A stretch of DNA of 64,000 bases, taken from assembly GCA_051362555.1 (NCBI GenBank), contig CM120642.1:24304001-24368000 (forward strand). Direction: 5' to 3'. The notes below the pieces were generated by a model. The model was not told where the DNA came from, searched no databases, and saw nothing but the letters and a program-made list of their open reading frames with translations. The position numbers and the translations under genes are program-made. The DNA is from Lingula anatina. Taxonomy: Eukaryota; Animalia; Brachiopoda. Shown here piece after piece: positions 36,828 to 48,347 of this stretch (its first letter is position 1; the number at the start of each line of letters is the position of its first letter).

Positions 36828-38954
36828 TTATATCTCCGCAAGACACATTATGCAAAGCAGCCATATCGCACAGTTTTCAGTGGTCGTCCACAAACGGTAG
36901 GACGTTATGAAACAGATAACAGCACCCGCTTTGTTATTGTTCATCATGTGAATTTGTCCCAGAAGAGCGTATCCAATCGCTTTCTCGAAACGCAGATAAA
37001 CACTCTTGTCACATGCCTCCTGTAATTCTCGCATGCGCTCAGAGACTTCAGTCTCTCGGCTGCTCTCGTGGCACGTGTCGTTGGCAATGAGAATCGCCAG
37101 AAATTTCCCAAACACAAGTGGGTGGATGAAGGGCAGTTCTCTTGGATGTTTTCCTGTGGCAGCGTGGAAAACGTATTGCACTTGTTCAGGCAAAGTGCAG
37201 AGAAACGCTGGTGGATAGTAAACAGGCCAACAAAAAATGCGTTTTTCCAGTATCCAGAGAACTAAATCCCGTCCCCTACTAATACCTGATTCTTGCTCAA
37301 GCATACCGTCTATTTCTCTGCCCTGCTTGTCCAAAAATGGGCGGTCGTGCTTAGATATCCATGGGCCCTTTGGATATAATATGTAATATTTCAAGTTTCC
37401 ATCTTCCAGCGCGAGTGTGATGTACTTTCCGGCGCTTTCAAAATGCTTGGTGGCACCTGCAGCGTTGCCGATGGCTTTTGCAGTTTTACCCCAAGTGTAA
37501 TAGAAATTCGCTAGTTTGAGTTTGTTACTTGCCATGTCCAGGTCAACAGAAGAAATAAATATTTGTTCAGTTTTCACAAAATCGCTTTCTACATTTCCCT
37601 TTAGGGCGCGCACATGACTGTTGCATCCTTCAATGTGCTGCTGTAGCCTTTCCAAAATCCGTGACATGTGTTGCCCTAAAGATTTATCAAAAACGCTGTG
37701 ACAACATCTTTGCATATTTTGCTGAGCGATCAAGTTCTCCTTTCGTAAGAAAGGCATATCTAAGCAAATACTGGTTAAAACGGGGGTGACGCTGAGCATA
37801 TTAAATTCTTGCAAATTTTTGATGACTTGTAGAGGACCTGTAAGATTGCCCCTGATGAATGACAACTCTTTGGAAATACTCTGGTGTTGTTTAACTGTCA
37901 GGGTGTCAATAAGGTTATTATCAGGCATGAAATAAAGTGGAAGGTAGCCATCATCAAACCACTTGAGAAACCTCTCGAGGCACTTCTCTACACACTGAAT
38001 AAGATTGTCTCTGCGCCACATGTCACGAGGCGTTTCGTGAACCATCCACAGCATCAGTGTCTTTATGTGATACGATGTGAGGATTCCCTGACGCCCAGTT
38101 TTCTTTTCGATCAAAGTCTTGATGTATTTCAGTATAAAATGAGCTCTGTGCTGAGTATTAGTAAATGACCGCACGAGGGTCCGCTCGGCCAAAACCGTTG
38201 AAATCCTCCACTCGTATCTATGACGCTCGGGACTACTGTTCTTATGGCCGATCGGAACAATGTGGCAGCCATCTTGCAAAATGGCTGCGATATTTTCTTC
38301 CGTAGGCCATCCATGCACCCTCTCTCGGGTGAGCCAACCTTTTAGACAGTCCGGCCAGCCGTCTACCACAGGGAAAGCCAGTACTGTGTCTGAATCGGCT
38401 GTCCAATGTGGGCTGCTGCCGTCGCTTTTAGGGACAGGTTGAAAACTAACGTAGGAGGAGGGGCCATGTCTCTCAGTTTCTGAAGCGTCTTTGTTACTCT
38501 GCCTTGACTTGTGAAACTCCGCTGCTACTTCTTCGCTTGACAAGAACTCCTCTTTCTCAATTGCTGCGGTTGCGCCTACTGGGCGTAACTTGCCGTAACC
38601 GACATGTGAGTCTGATGTATCGAAGTAATATGTACGCACATCAGCTGGGTTTGTATCCTTTGGAGGGTGAAAAGTGAATTGAGGATCATTGCAGAATACG
38701 ACGTCTGTATAGTCATACACCATTAAATCAAAGTCAGATGGAACACGTCGCCCTTCTTCGTCCAAACCATAGGGAACGCTGTCCCCTTTGCTGCCACAGT
38801 GTTTCTTGATACAAGACCCGGATTGTAAAATTTCAAATATGTCTGTTCTCAGGTAGTTCAGCTCTCGGGCTGCTCGGCATAAACCAAACCTATCAAGTCC
38901 CCTGTTTATTTCGTCATTTAAAGTCTCCATATTGCCCATGTTGCTCTCTGCCAT
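36828..38954 (-). CDS. cGAS-like receptor (cGLR / Mab-21 nucleotidyltransferase) B, 708 aa from MAESN, uninterrupted ORF, helical TPR-like tail
   Basis: Paralogue of A: CGSKGD...SDFDLM (D74, D76), ADSDTVLAFP (D189), GWPTEE, GCHIVPIGH, EWRIS...AERTL, SYHIKTLMLW, LPLYFMPDNNLI. Start set at 38954 by alignment with A (MAES..G..ETLN.E.N.GLDR). Confidence 0.92.
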   Translation of the reverse strand: MAESNMGNMETLNDEINRGLDRFGLCRAARELNYLRTDIFEILQSGSCIKKHCGSKGDSVPYGLDEEGRRVPSDFDLMVYDYTDVVFCNDPQFTFHPPKDTNPADVRTYYFDTSDSHVGYGKLRPVGATAAIEKEEFLSSEEVAAEFHKSRQSNKDASETERHGPSSYVSFQPVPKSDGSSPHWTADSDTVLAFPVVDGWPDCLKGWLTRERVHGWPTEENIAAILQDGCHIVPIGHKNSSPERHRYEWRISTVLAERTLVRSFTNTQHRAHFILKYIKTLIEKKTGRQGILTSYHIKTLMLWMVHETPRDMWRRDNLIQCVEKCLERFLKWFDDGYLPLYFMPDNNLIDTLTVKQHQSISKELSFIRGNLTGPLQVIKNLQEFNMLSVTPVLTSICLDMPFLRKENLIAQQNMQRCCHSVFDKSLGQHMSRILERLQQHIEGCNSHVRALKGNVESDFVKTEQIFISSVDLDMASNKLKLANFYYTWGKTAKAIGNAAGATKHFESAGKYITLALEDGNLKYYILYPKGPWISKHDRPFLDKQGREIDGMLEQESGISRGRDLVLWILEKRIFCWPVYYPPAFLCTLPEQVQYVFHAATGKHPRELPFIHPLVFGKFLAILIANDTCHESSRETEVSERMRELQEACDKSVYLRFEKAIGYALLGQIHMMNNNKAGAVICFITSYRLWTTTENCAIWLLCIMCLAEI

Positions 38955-40087
38955 TGCTGGCGTCTTGATTTTCGAATTCAAGGTTCGAAAGATAATAAAG
39001 AATTTGTCAGGTGATGACGACTCCCCTATGTTACGACGAAGATAAAGCGTGTAATACTGTATAATCTCTGCGTCAACAGACTTGAGGAGGTCAAGGTTTC
39101 GACGTCGTATTGATTTTGTATTAACAAAAACCCAGGTCGCGTTTTCAATTGTCATAAAGTAGGTCACAACAAAATACATGCACATAGCTATAGGGGCTCT
39201 GTGTAAGGAGGTATGGTGTCAGTTCACGTACGTTTTGCTGTTAAGTCATTTACATATATTTTGATATTATGACTGAATAAATTTTTCAATTTCTTTATTA
39301 TTCTTTACCGAAATGTTGTGTGACATATACACTGAGCAGAATGATTTCGAAATTGTGATGGTAGGCCTACGGTGTTATAATTATTATTTGAAAATGTATC
39401 TGTTTATGTATTCACATGTATGGGGAGGAAGCGACGACTAAATTATTGTAATCGAAGAGTTGTAGTCTTTTTGACAACTTGTTGTCATTACCACGGTAGG
39501 CCTATGTTAATTTTATTTCTCTCTCGTGGACACTGAACAATTCAACATTTTTTGCACAACTAACACAATCTACAAATCATTATATACTGGATTGCTGTTC
39601 ATATCGACTACTCTTGTGACCAGCCACTGACAAATTATTGCTTGCAAAAAAAAAAAAAAATAAATAAATAAATAAAAAAAAAAAATTATCGCAAGTCTAT
39701 TTGTCTGCTCGCTGGCGAGTTTGTACGTTTGTTGGTGCTCAAATTTTATCGACCTTTATCCGGCGATAAAGGCAACAATTTCGAATTTTTTTGTATAAAT
39801 TTAGTTTGTTTACATTTTCTTGATATCAGTTTTGTTCTTGAATACGTTTATTAGCAATCGTAAATTTCAAGAGCATATTTTCTATTCAGGAACAGCGTTC
39901 AATGTTTAAGTTACCGAAAACTTGGACCCATAAAACAAGGCTCCAAGCCAACCAACTGCAAACGTCGAATACAATCAGCGATATGAAACAATGCACCTCA
40001 GCGCCCCCTATCGACAAGAGTGGCGGGAAAAATAAAAGTGTTGTGTAATTCACATTTCCTGGTGTGTCAAACCGCGTGCTGCAGAAT

Positions 40088-43000
40088 ATGGTTGAAGGAC
40101 CAGGATGCATGATCAAAGGAGAGAAGATCAGAGCTAGGTTAAGAGGACAGAAAGTGAAGAGAATAGCGGGCAATGCAACTAAAATGGTAACTTTAACACT
40201 TCGACTACACGTTCGATCAGACTTGTTAGTTAGGAAACGCCAAAGCTAGTAAGGTCGGTGGAAACATTTGATTTATTCCGGACGTTTGCCCCATTGTGTT
40301 TAAAAAATTATCGTTTATGATCCAACTACCAAGCTAATGAATATCTTGCTCAGTGTATATTTGTTTTCAGAAAGCCAAAAAGCTCCCGGATGGTGGCTCC
40401 CAGTTTGACCAGTTTATTGGTCTCACTCTTCAAGATGTGCAGACTCTTGGGAAGGAACTGTTCATGTATTTTGGTGAAATGTGCCTTAGGTGAGGTCGAG
40501 AAAAAATTCCCTGGATTTGTTATAATCTCTTTGTATTTGTTGCTTTAAGCTGTAGGATTATTTGCACTAATACATGAAAATGAGTTTTAAACTTGGATTT
40601 TGAATATTGCTGTTAAAATCATGATTATGTACGTTAACCTAGTAAAAAGCAGGCAGGGTCTAATTCCTCCCTTCTGAATTAAATGAATTCTGTTAATATG
40701 GAAATTAATGACACCAAAAGTAAATTTAAAATGGGGGTGAGGGGGGATGAATAGAAAGAAAATCTGATAAAATAAAGCAGTGGTAAATATTAATAAATAA
40801 TGAAATCATTGAATCCAGTCCATATATTGAAAAAAATTACAAAAGGTAAATAGAAATTGAATGCTGAATACTTAATGTCTCATGAATATATATGCAACTT
40901 CATATGTGGCAGGATCCACTTCCTAATGGCAGGGTCATTTCGTGTGAATGGCCAGCAACTGGACAATGACTACTCCAAGGTTGCCGAGACAGCTAGTCTA
41001 GAAATACAGATGTCACAGGATGTGCTCACTTTATACAAGTCTGGTGTTGAAGTACGGTAAGCAGGGTTAGATAAATTAGCTGTGTGGCTTATTTTACAAA
41101 CCATCCTAAGTCATTCCTAGCATAGATTGTTATGAATTAAAGCTGATCAAGGTCTTCTTTCATGAAGAATATAAATGAAAGAAGAATAAAGTAAATAAAT
41201 TTACAAAACAATACAAAATAAACAATCAAACAACAACAAAAGCAAATGTTTTACCAAGACTAGCATCCTTTTCTTCTTTAATTAATTCTAACATTTGTGA
41301 TTGGCATGATTAACTTCAGGTCACTGAAGTTCAGAAACAACAACAGAGCATGTACAGTATGGATGTTTGAAATATGGAAGTTAGCCTACCTCAGCTTTGA
41401 AAATCTGTAAAATTTTACAGTAATTGTTTTATCTTTTCATTGATACAAAAAATTGTGAATTTTACAAATTCCGTATTTTAAGTCACAATTTCTTAAAATT
41501 AGAACAGTACTATTATTTAGTGGTAGCAACAGAATTAAACATCTCTACATTTGTGGATCTTTAACTGCAAAGAACAGAGCTATAGAGTAACCTGATTTTT
41601 AATTTTGTTGCTTCGATCCATGCTCAATAGTTATGTTCTAATTCATGAAATTATGACTTGAAAATTACCGTCTTCATTGCTATTTATCCAAATATAATTT
41701 TTCTGATCATGAAATCATGTATCTGAAAGTTTGATAATTTTTGCCCATTGAAAAGTTTGTGCATTTTCCTTTCTTTGTCACACTTAGTCTGTCAGCAGAG
41801 TGCAGAGGACGATATGAGCAGCTAAAGAGCCAAGATATCTGCTCCCCTTCCTTTAACCACACCCAAGCTACGGCAGCTGTGGCCGCAGAGAAGGACAGAA
41901 TGGCATGTGACGTTTTGCTGGACCAGACTATACTCCCTGGTGTGGGGAACATCATCAAAAATGAGGTATGGACATATGTGACATTGGATTTTAGTTATTT
42001 TTTAAAAAAGAAATATAGATCTGGCATCTGCTCTTGACAAAATAAATTTTGGTGGTTAAGCAAGGGGCAATATATTTTTGCAAGTGACAGTAATTAAAAT
42101 TGAACTTAATACATTGTGTATTCATACACTTAAGCAAAATTCAATATATGTATCAGATAACATTTGTATAGGCAGTGTACATATAATATACGCAGAAATT
42201 CAATTTTTCCTTACTTTTTAACCTTTACTCTTTCAAGTTTGTAGCTCATAAATGCCCTGTAACTAGATTTTTAAGGAATTGTTTTTCTGTACTGAAGTTT
42301 AATTATATGATTTTATTCACTAATTTAAAATAGACATCAGCACAAGCTACTTTCATTGGAAGTAAGAAAATTTACAAGTGAAACCGTAAAAAAACAGCTG
42401 AAAGCTTATTCTTAAAAAAAAAAATAGTAAAAATAAATAAATAAATCAATAAATAAGGAATGAAAATAACATGTTGAGATAAAATAACCATTATCATTAA
42501 TTTTATGAAGTCCATGATATATTATTGTTTTGATTTACAGATATCTATATATTCGTTCTTATTTAAAATGAGAATTCCATTTATCTAATGCTCTTTTTTC
42601 TCAGGCTCTCTTTGATAGTGGAGTTAAACCAGATACAAAGGTAACAAAATAAATTTACTTATTGTTAATTTTATCTCTTTCAGCTGTGATTTCAAATTTA
42701 TTTATTAGTTCAAATTAGTTGTAGTTAATTGAATGATTTTAGGTTAAATTTATAATATTTGTGAGCATTGTTGAGGAGTTTGTATAGAGCAGTTTTAAGT
42801 AATAATGATGATTGGGTTATAATTTGGTTTTGTAAGTACATTAGCTCAGATATAATATATGTGGCTGAATTTTGAGTAGCTTGTGTCAGCTTGCACCTGA
42901 TTAATTGCTGATCTTTTCTGCCTTTCAGATCTCTGCACTTACAGAGGCTCATGTTTCCTTCCTGGTAAAAATGACCAGAGATTACTCCATGGTGTTTTTA

Positions 43001-45586
43001 GAAGTGAGTGATAAAATATGTGGTCCATGAACAGTCTGTACTAAAACTTTTCCCACCTACTTTTACTTTAACTTGGAGCTAAAATCTACTATTAACTGAC
43101 TCAAAGCAGATAAAGTGGTCATGAATTAGACAGATTTACAAAAATTTGACTGGATTTTATGGACAAACTTTTTATTTTACTGCTTTTTGGTGTGGGGGTG
43201 GTATTGATGTCACAGACCGAAAAAATGATTTTTTAGCTTTTTTTCATGCTGGGAAGATATATTTCTACACTTCACTGGCAGGGGGATGGTGGCAGTTTAC
43301 TAATTTACAAGCATTAAATCTCTTGACTCTGCCAGTGTATTTGAAGATTTTGTCTTAGTATTATCTTAAAGTTTGTGTTTATTATAAAGAACAAGTAGTT
43401 TTTATGTTTTTGTACACAAAAATAGTTACTCTACCCTCAGTTCAACCAGTCTTATCGTTCACAATAATAATGTTCAATTGTTTTTGTGATCATTTTCCAG
43501 TGTAGAAGAAAAGGGACCAAACTCCCCTGTAAGATATATAACAGACATAAATGTACAGAATGTGGAAACAAGGTGACCATCACACGGATGGGGGAAAATG
43601 AGAGAATGACCTATTTCTGTGACAGTTGTCAGGTCAACGACCTTCAGAAAAAGCAGTCAAGGTAAAAATGTTTATAATCTTTTGCAAAGATAGGAATACA
43701 AATTGTACTTATCATAATTTTAGCTACAATGTATTAACATGTAACATTTGAAATGTTTAATGCTAATTTGAATATATTACCGTTTATAATTTTTTAAAAT
43801 AAATTTTTATCATTTGTTTATCTCTTATATTGCCTATACACTGCTGCTTCAGCTGCCTACATGATTTTGTCCTACATGTTGTCGTCATTTGACTCTGACT
43901 TACAGATTAACATATCAAGGGGTGATTGGTTGAAGTACGAGAAAATAAACCAATTGCCTAGGACTTGGTTCACATGAAAAATCTATTTTCTAAAAATCTA
44001 TTTTCTGTTCGCGGTATCTTGTGATTATGGTCTGTGCCCTGAATACCCCGCGGCGTAATTACTAGCAGCGCGAGCCAGTTACTTCCAAAGCTGTAATTAA
44101 TTCTCGGCTGCGCTCGGAGTGATCACAAGATACCGCGAATAGAAAATAGATTTTTAGAAAATAGATTTTCATGTGAACGGAGTCTAGGTCTAATTGACCT
44201 TCGCATTGAACTTGTGGGCAATCATGTGACCTGTGAAAACTGTAAAACTTGTATTTTTTGTTTATTTTTTTTCCTGATGTGACCATACCATCACCAGTCA
44301 GAAGTCGGTAATGAAAAACAATTTTTTTATTTTGGTCAGTTTGAAGTCCATGGGGTTTGAGAAAGTAATAAAAATAATCTGCCATACTCTCAAGTGAAAA
44401 ACTATTTGCAGATATGAAATTTTAAGAGCCAAAAGATGTACATGTATGGTTTGATACATCAGTTTGGTTCCATGTGGTGAAATGAATATTTAAACACCAT
44501 TTCAGGCACCTACCTTCCAAGAACAGCCTCTTAGGTTGGGTCAGTGGTGTTGCATCAAACAAACAGCAGTGGGGGTGTCCAGTCTGTACTCTCCTCAATG
44601 CTTACAATAGACTGACCTGCTCTGCTTGTGGTCATAAGAAAAGTGACCACCAGAATGACCCATCAAAGTCGACCACAGAGTCCTGTGATAGACCCGAAAA
44701 ATGTAATGAAAATCCAAAACTTGGGATAAAGCGTTGTGCTGGGAAGGATAATAGTTTAGAATTGCCAGCATCTAAAAAGAGTAAAGTTGCAACAGTAGAT
44801 AGGAAACTGTTTGTTGGCAGTCCTGTTAATGAGCAGGAACAACAGCCAAGCAGTGGGACACAACAAGAACTGTTACAAAAACAACAAAAGCCACCAAGTC
44901 AAAAAAGTTCAATTCCCATGTGCACCAAACATAACAAGCCATGTGTCATGAGGGAAGTGAGAAAAAAAGGTGAAAATCAAAAGAGGGTTTTCTTTGCCTG
45001 TTCTCTGCCTAGAGGAAAACAGTGTGATTTTTTTAAGGTAAGATGAAGATTTCCTATTTTTTTGAAAATATGAGAAATAATTTAAAGGGGAAGTAAATAA
45101 AAGTAACAAAATATTTTGTGCTAGAAAAAACTTTGTTTTTAATATATGTAAAATACTAATTAGAAAATTAAATGATATTTCTAATTATTATAAGTCAAGT
45201 TTAGAAAACTTAATTTTGAATTGGAAAAGAGTTTTACAATTTTTTTTTGTATTAATTCTTTCAAAAAGAGTGAAAAGGAATGTCTCTGTAAGAGGAAGCA
45301 GAGTAGTGACCATAATTGGTATCTGTAATATTATGCATAATTTTTTCAAAATATTATTTTTGTCTTCATGGTTCTACATATAAATATGTTTTCATAATAA
45401 ACTGGTCTTTGCATTTATTTGTCATTTCAGTGGGCAGATGAAGCATTCCCGCTGTGTGAACACAACAAAAGATGCGTTATAAGGACTGTATTCAAACAAG
45501 GAGTTAATAATGGCAGAAAGTTCTTTGCTTGCACAGCATCCAAAAATAAACAGTGTGGTTTCTTTCAGTGGGCAGAGGGGTATTGA
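40088..45586 (+). CDS. NEIL3: Endonuclease VIII-like 3 DNA glycosylase (Fpg/Nei domain, H2TH, Zn finger, RanBP2-type ZnF, two GRF ZnFs), 9 coding exons
   Basis: Diagnostic N-terminus MVEGPGC. Exons 40088-40186, 40371-40489 (QTLGKELFMYFG), 40913-41056 (IHFLMAGS), 41788-41965 (DVLLDQTILPGVGNIIKNE), 42605-42640 (ALFDSG), 42929-43003, 43501-43661 (CTECG...RMTYFCDSCQ), 44506-45037 (WGCPVCTLLN...CSAC; GRF1), 45431-45586 (GRF2, QCGFFQWAEGY*). All splice phases are consistent. Confidence 0.96.
43962..44184. mobile_element. PIF/Harbinger-like MITE in NEIL3 intron 7
   Basis: ~65-bp TIRs GACTTGGTTCACATGAAAAATCTATTTTC... / ...GAAAATAGATTTTCATGTGAACGGAGTC, flanked by the 3-bp direct repeat TAG. Confidence 0.8.
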
Positions 45587-46190
45587 CTATATTATTTACA
45601 CTATTCATAAAATAATATTTGCATTTATATGGTAGAAGTATTTTATAATATAATAAGATAATAAAAAAAAAACTTGTATGCATTAATTTTCTTTGTGTCA
45701 GGTACTCAAGAAAGAACCATTTATAGTATCATATTTTTGTTTTACTTAATACTTGTTTCTTTGTTTCTTTCTTTTCTTTGTTTCTTTGTTTCTTTTTTTT
45801 TGGGGGGGGGGTGTTAAAATCCAGGTTTCCTTTCAAAATCAATATGACTGATCCATGTTTTAAATAAGTTCATTTTTTAAAAATTTATTTACTTTTGCAA
45901 CATTTTCCCTGCTTGATGTCAGTATATTTGCCAGTTTTGCTGTTTTTTTTTAATCAAAGACTTATTTTGGTGTATCAGTCTGGACAGATATGAAAATTAT
46001 AACAAAGTTAATTTTTGTAAAGCTTGGATTAATGCCTCAGAAGTATTGTAAGAGTTCTTCTGCAGTGGCAGTTTTCTTTACACTTACACATTGATTGTGA
46101 TATGTTCTCATGTCATTTGAGGAATGATATAAAGATAAAGTTTGTTACATTGTATTTTAAATAGTATGGGTGAAGCCAAGAGGGGTGGTT

Positions 46191-46987
46191 TCAAGAAGCC
46201 GGTTTTTGGCTGAACTTATGGCCTTGGAGAACATATCGACTAAGTTGTCTTCTTAATGACCATTTCCCTTTCCTTTCTGCATTTAACCCAAGATCTTTGA
46301 GCAAATTTTGATTATCTTCATAGAGCTTTTCACTTGCAATGCAATGGTGACAGCTGCCCATATATGAATGCCACACACATTTGTTGTGTTCTCTTGAAAG
46401 GTTTAGATCAATATTGCAGAGTTGACTGTAAAGACCAGTATCTCATTTCGACTCTTAAGTCTAGCTTAAGACTTTAAAATAAATTAAGGACACGATCCCT
46501 TGATGCTTTCTAATGATTCTTATTATAAGGTGATAATAGTATGCATAACCAGTGTATCAGTGAAAATTATTAATAACTCTAGTAATCTTACCAAACTTAT
46601 GTAACTTTTTGCCAGAGGTTACAAAATTAAAGGTACACCATATACATTTTAAAATGTCCATAAGTCATATTCACATATTTGGCATTTAAAAATGTGGATA
46701 GGATATTTATAAGCGTCGTTATTTTCTTATATGAGGTTATAGTTTAAGTTTTTAAAACAACCAATAATATTTAATATAAATATGTCGCGTAATTTTTTTG
46801 ACAATATCTATATTTTTAAATTGTGCAGACATGAATAAATTTTTGGAAGGGACCAGTATACCAGTAGTTCAAGATTTGTGATTCAATAATTGCCCACCCT
46901 GATCTTCCTTCAGTAGGTGTTTATTTACCTCAATTCAGTTGTGAATATGTCTTCAATCATTATATACATGTACTTGTGCATCAGCAT
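46191..46987 (-). other. Candidate spliced minus-strand gene or lncRNA (two phase-compatible exons)
   Basis: Exon 46929-46987 (MLMHKYMYIMIEDIFTTEL, donor AG|GTAAAT) joins in phase to acceptor TCTTTACAG at 46425, reading QLCNIDLNLSREHNKCVWHSYMGSCHHC...KPAS* to 46191. No recognised homology. Confidence 0.3.
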
Positions 46988-47495
46988 CTGTTTAATTCAC
47001 TTAACCATTGCTTTTATATTGTGCACTAAAAATAGTTTAAAATTGATGACTGGATATATCAATAAATATGTTCAAAATAAAAACGAAAAATTTAACAATG
47101 TGAATTTTAAAAGTAAACTATATTTGTTGATTGTTTTTTGACATCTGTTATACATTTCTTGAAGAAAAAAATTAAAGAACAAAAATGGCAAAATTTTAGC
47201 ATTACTAACTTTTTGATATGCCTGTAGTTATTAATATTTCTACTTGTTGTAGTAAAATTGTTCCAGACATCTAGCATAATGTTTCAAGAATGATTTAAAA
47301 TTTTTAATAAGTTAAATGTTATCAGTTTTGCCTTTAAAAAATAGACTTCTTTTTGTAATAAGTTTAAATCACTAGCCCATCTCCATTCACAGACATTTCA
47401 TTCAAATACGTATATATATTGCTACTAGGGCCTACGTAAAGACTGTTATAACCACAAAAATCAATTTTAATATAAAATGAAACAAAAGAAAAATA

Positions 47496-47529
<34 letters not shown>

Positions 47530-48229
47530 AGAAATCTTTTAACATAAAACAACTCTGCACCAGGCGAAGTACCCACTCTGAAAAGCACCATATCAACGTC
47601 AGGAGATAACCTGTGTTGACTTGACCTCAGAACGGGCTAGGTTTTCCCGCACTTGAGCTGCTGCCATCAAAACAATAAATCCCTAGCCTGACCTCGATGT
47701 ACGCCCAATTAGTCTATTCTTAAAATAAGTGTGCCGTCGCCTTCTAACAGTATATCAATAAAATGAATATAAGATGTGCTAGAAGACCCCCAAATGAACC
47801 ATATTTAACGCGTTGTACAGACTGAACAGTTATATTAATGTGTGGTGTTGCGGATTGTGCGGTTGTAAACAAGGTGAACGCCGACATATTGTTTAGTTAA
47901 TTTACACGTCTAAATTCAATGATGACGCAGATTGCTGAGATCTCTTGTTTCCTCTCCACTTGAAAATGTACCACTCACAAAGTAAATTGACAAACGATTT
48001 AATTCACATTATTTTTTTTAGTTAACCACGGTAAGGTCATGTCTTGATGGAATGTCATACGGGTACCTGCGAGAAAGCTGTGAACGATGGTTCAGTTGAA
48101 TTTAACATTTATCAACTCTTTTCATGATAAGGATGTCTGTTTTGATCTTATATAAACCAAAAGTGGGGTCATCTAAAACGAGGTTGGCAGTTTTTTCAAG
48201 CATAAAAGCCACTTGTTTTTATTAAACAA

Positions 48230-48347
48230 TGTTTACACGTGCACGGCATAGGGCACGCGACTGAATAGGTCACGTGGTCAAAAAGCCCGGTAATATCCCA
48301 CAATGCGTTAGCTCGCACACATTTAAAGATGGCGGAGAGGTTTGTAG
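48230..48347 (+). promoter_or_regulatory. Probable promoter and first exon of the MGA-like gene
   Basis: CpG-enriched patch with E-boxes (CACGTG at ~48236 and GGTCACGTGG at ~48268), a ZNF143/Staf-like TCCCACAATGC (~48296), a YY1-like AAGATGGCGG (~48326) and donor TAG|GTATGT at 48347. Confidence 0.55.

Noticed and set aside
38955-39185. 77-aa N-terminal extension of cGLR-B in the 785-aa ORF call
   Set aside because: The homologous upstream region of cGLR-A has an in-frame stop four codons before its ATG, and protein homology starts at MAES; most likely 5'UTR or intron.
46988-47030. In-frame TGA upstream of the candidate minus-strand exon as selenocysteine
   Set aside because: No selenoprotein motif or identifiable SECIS; the gene model itself is uncertain.
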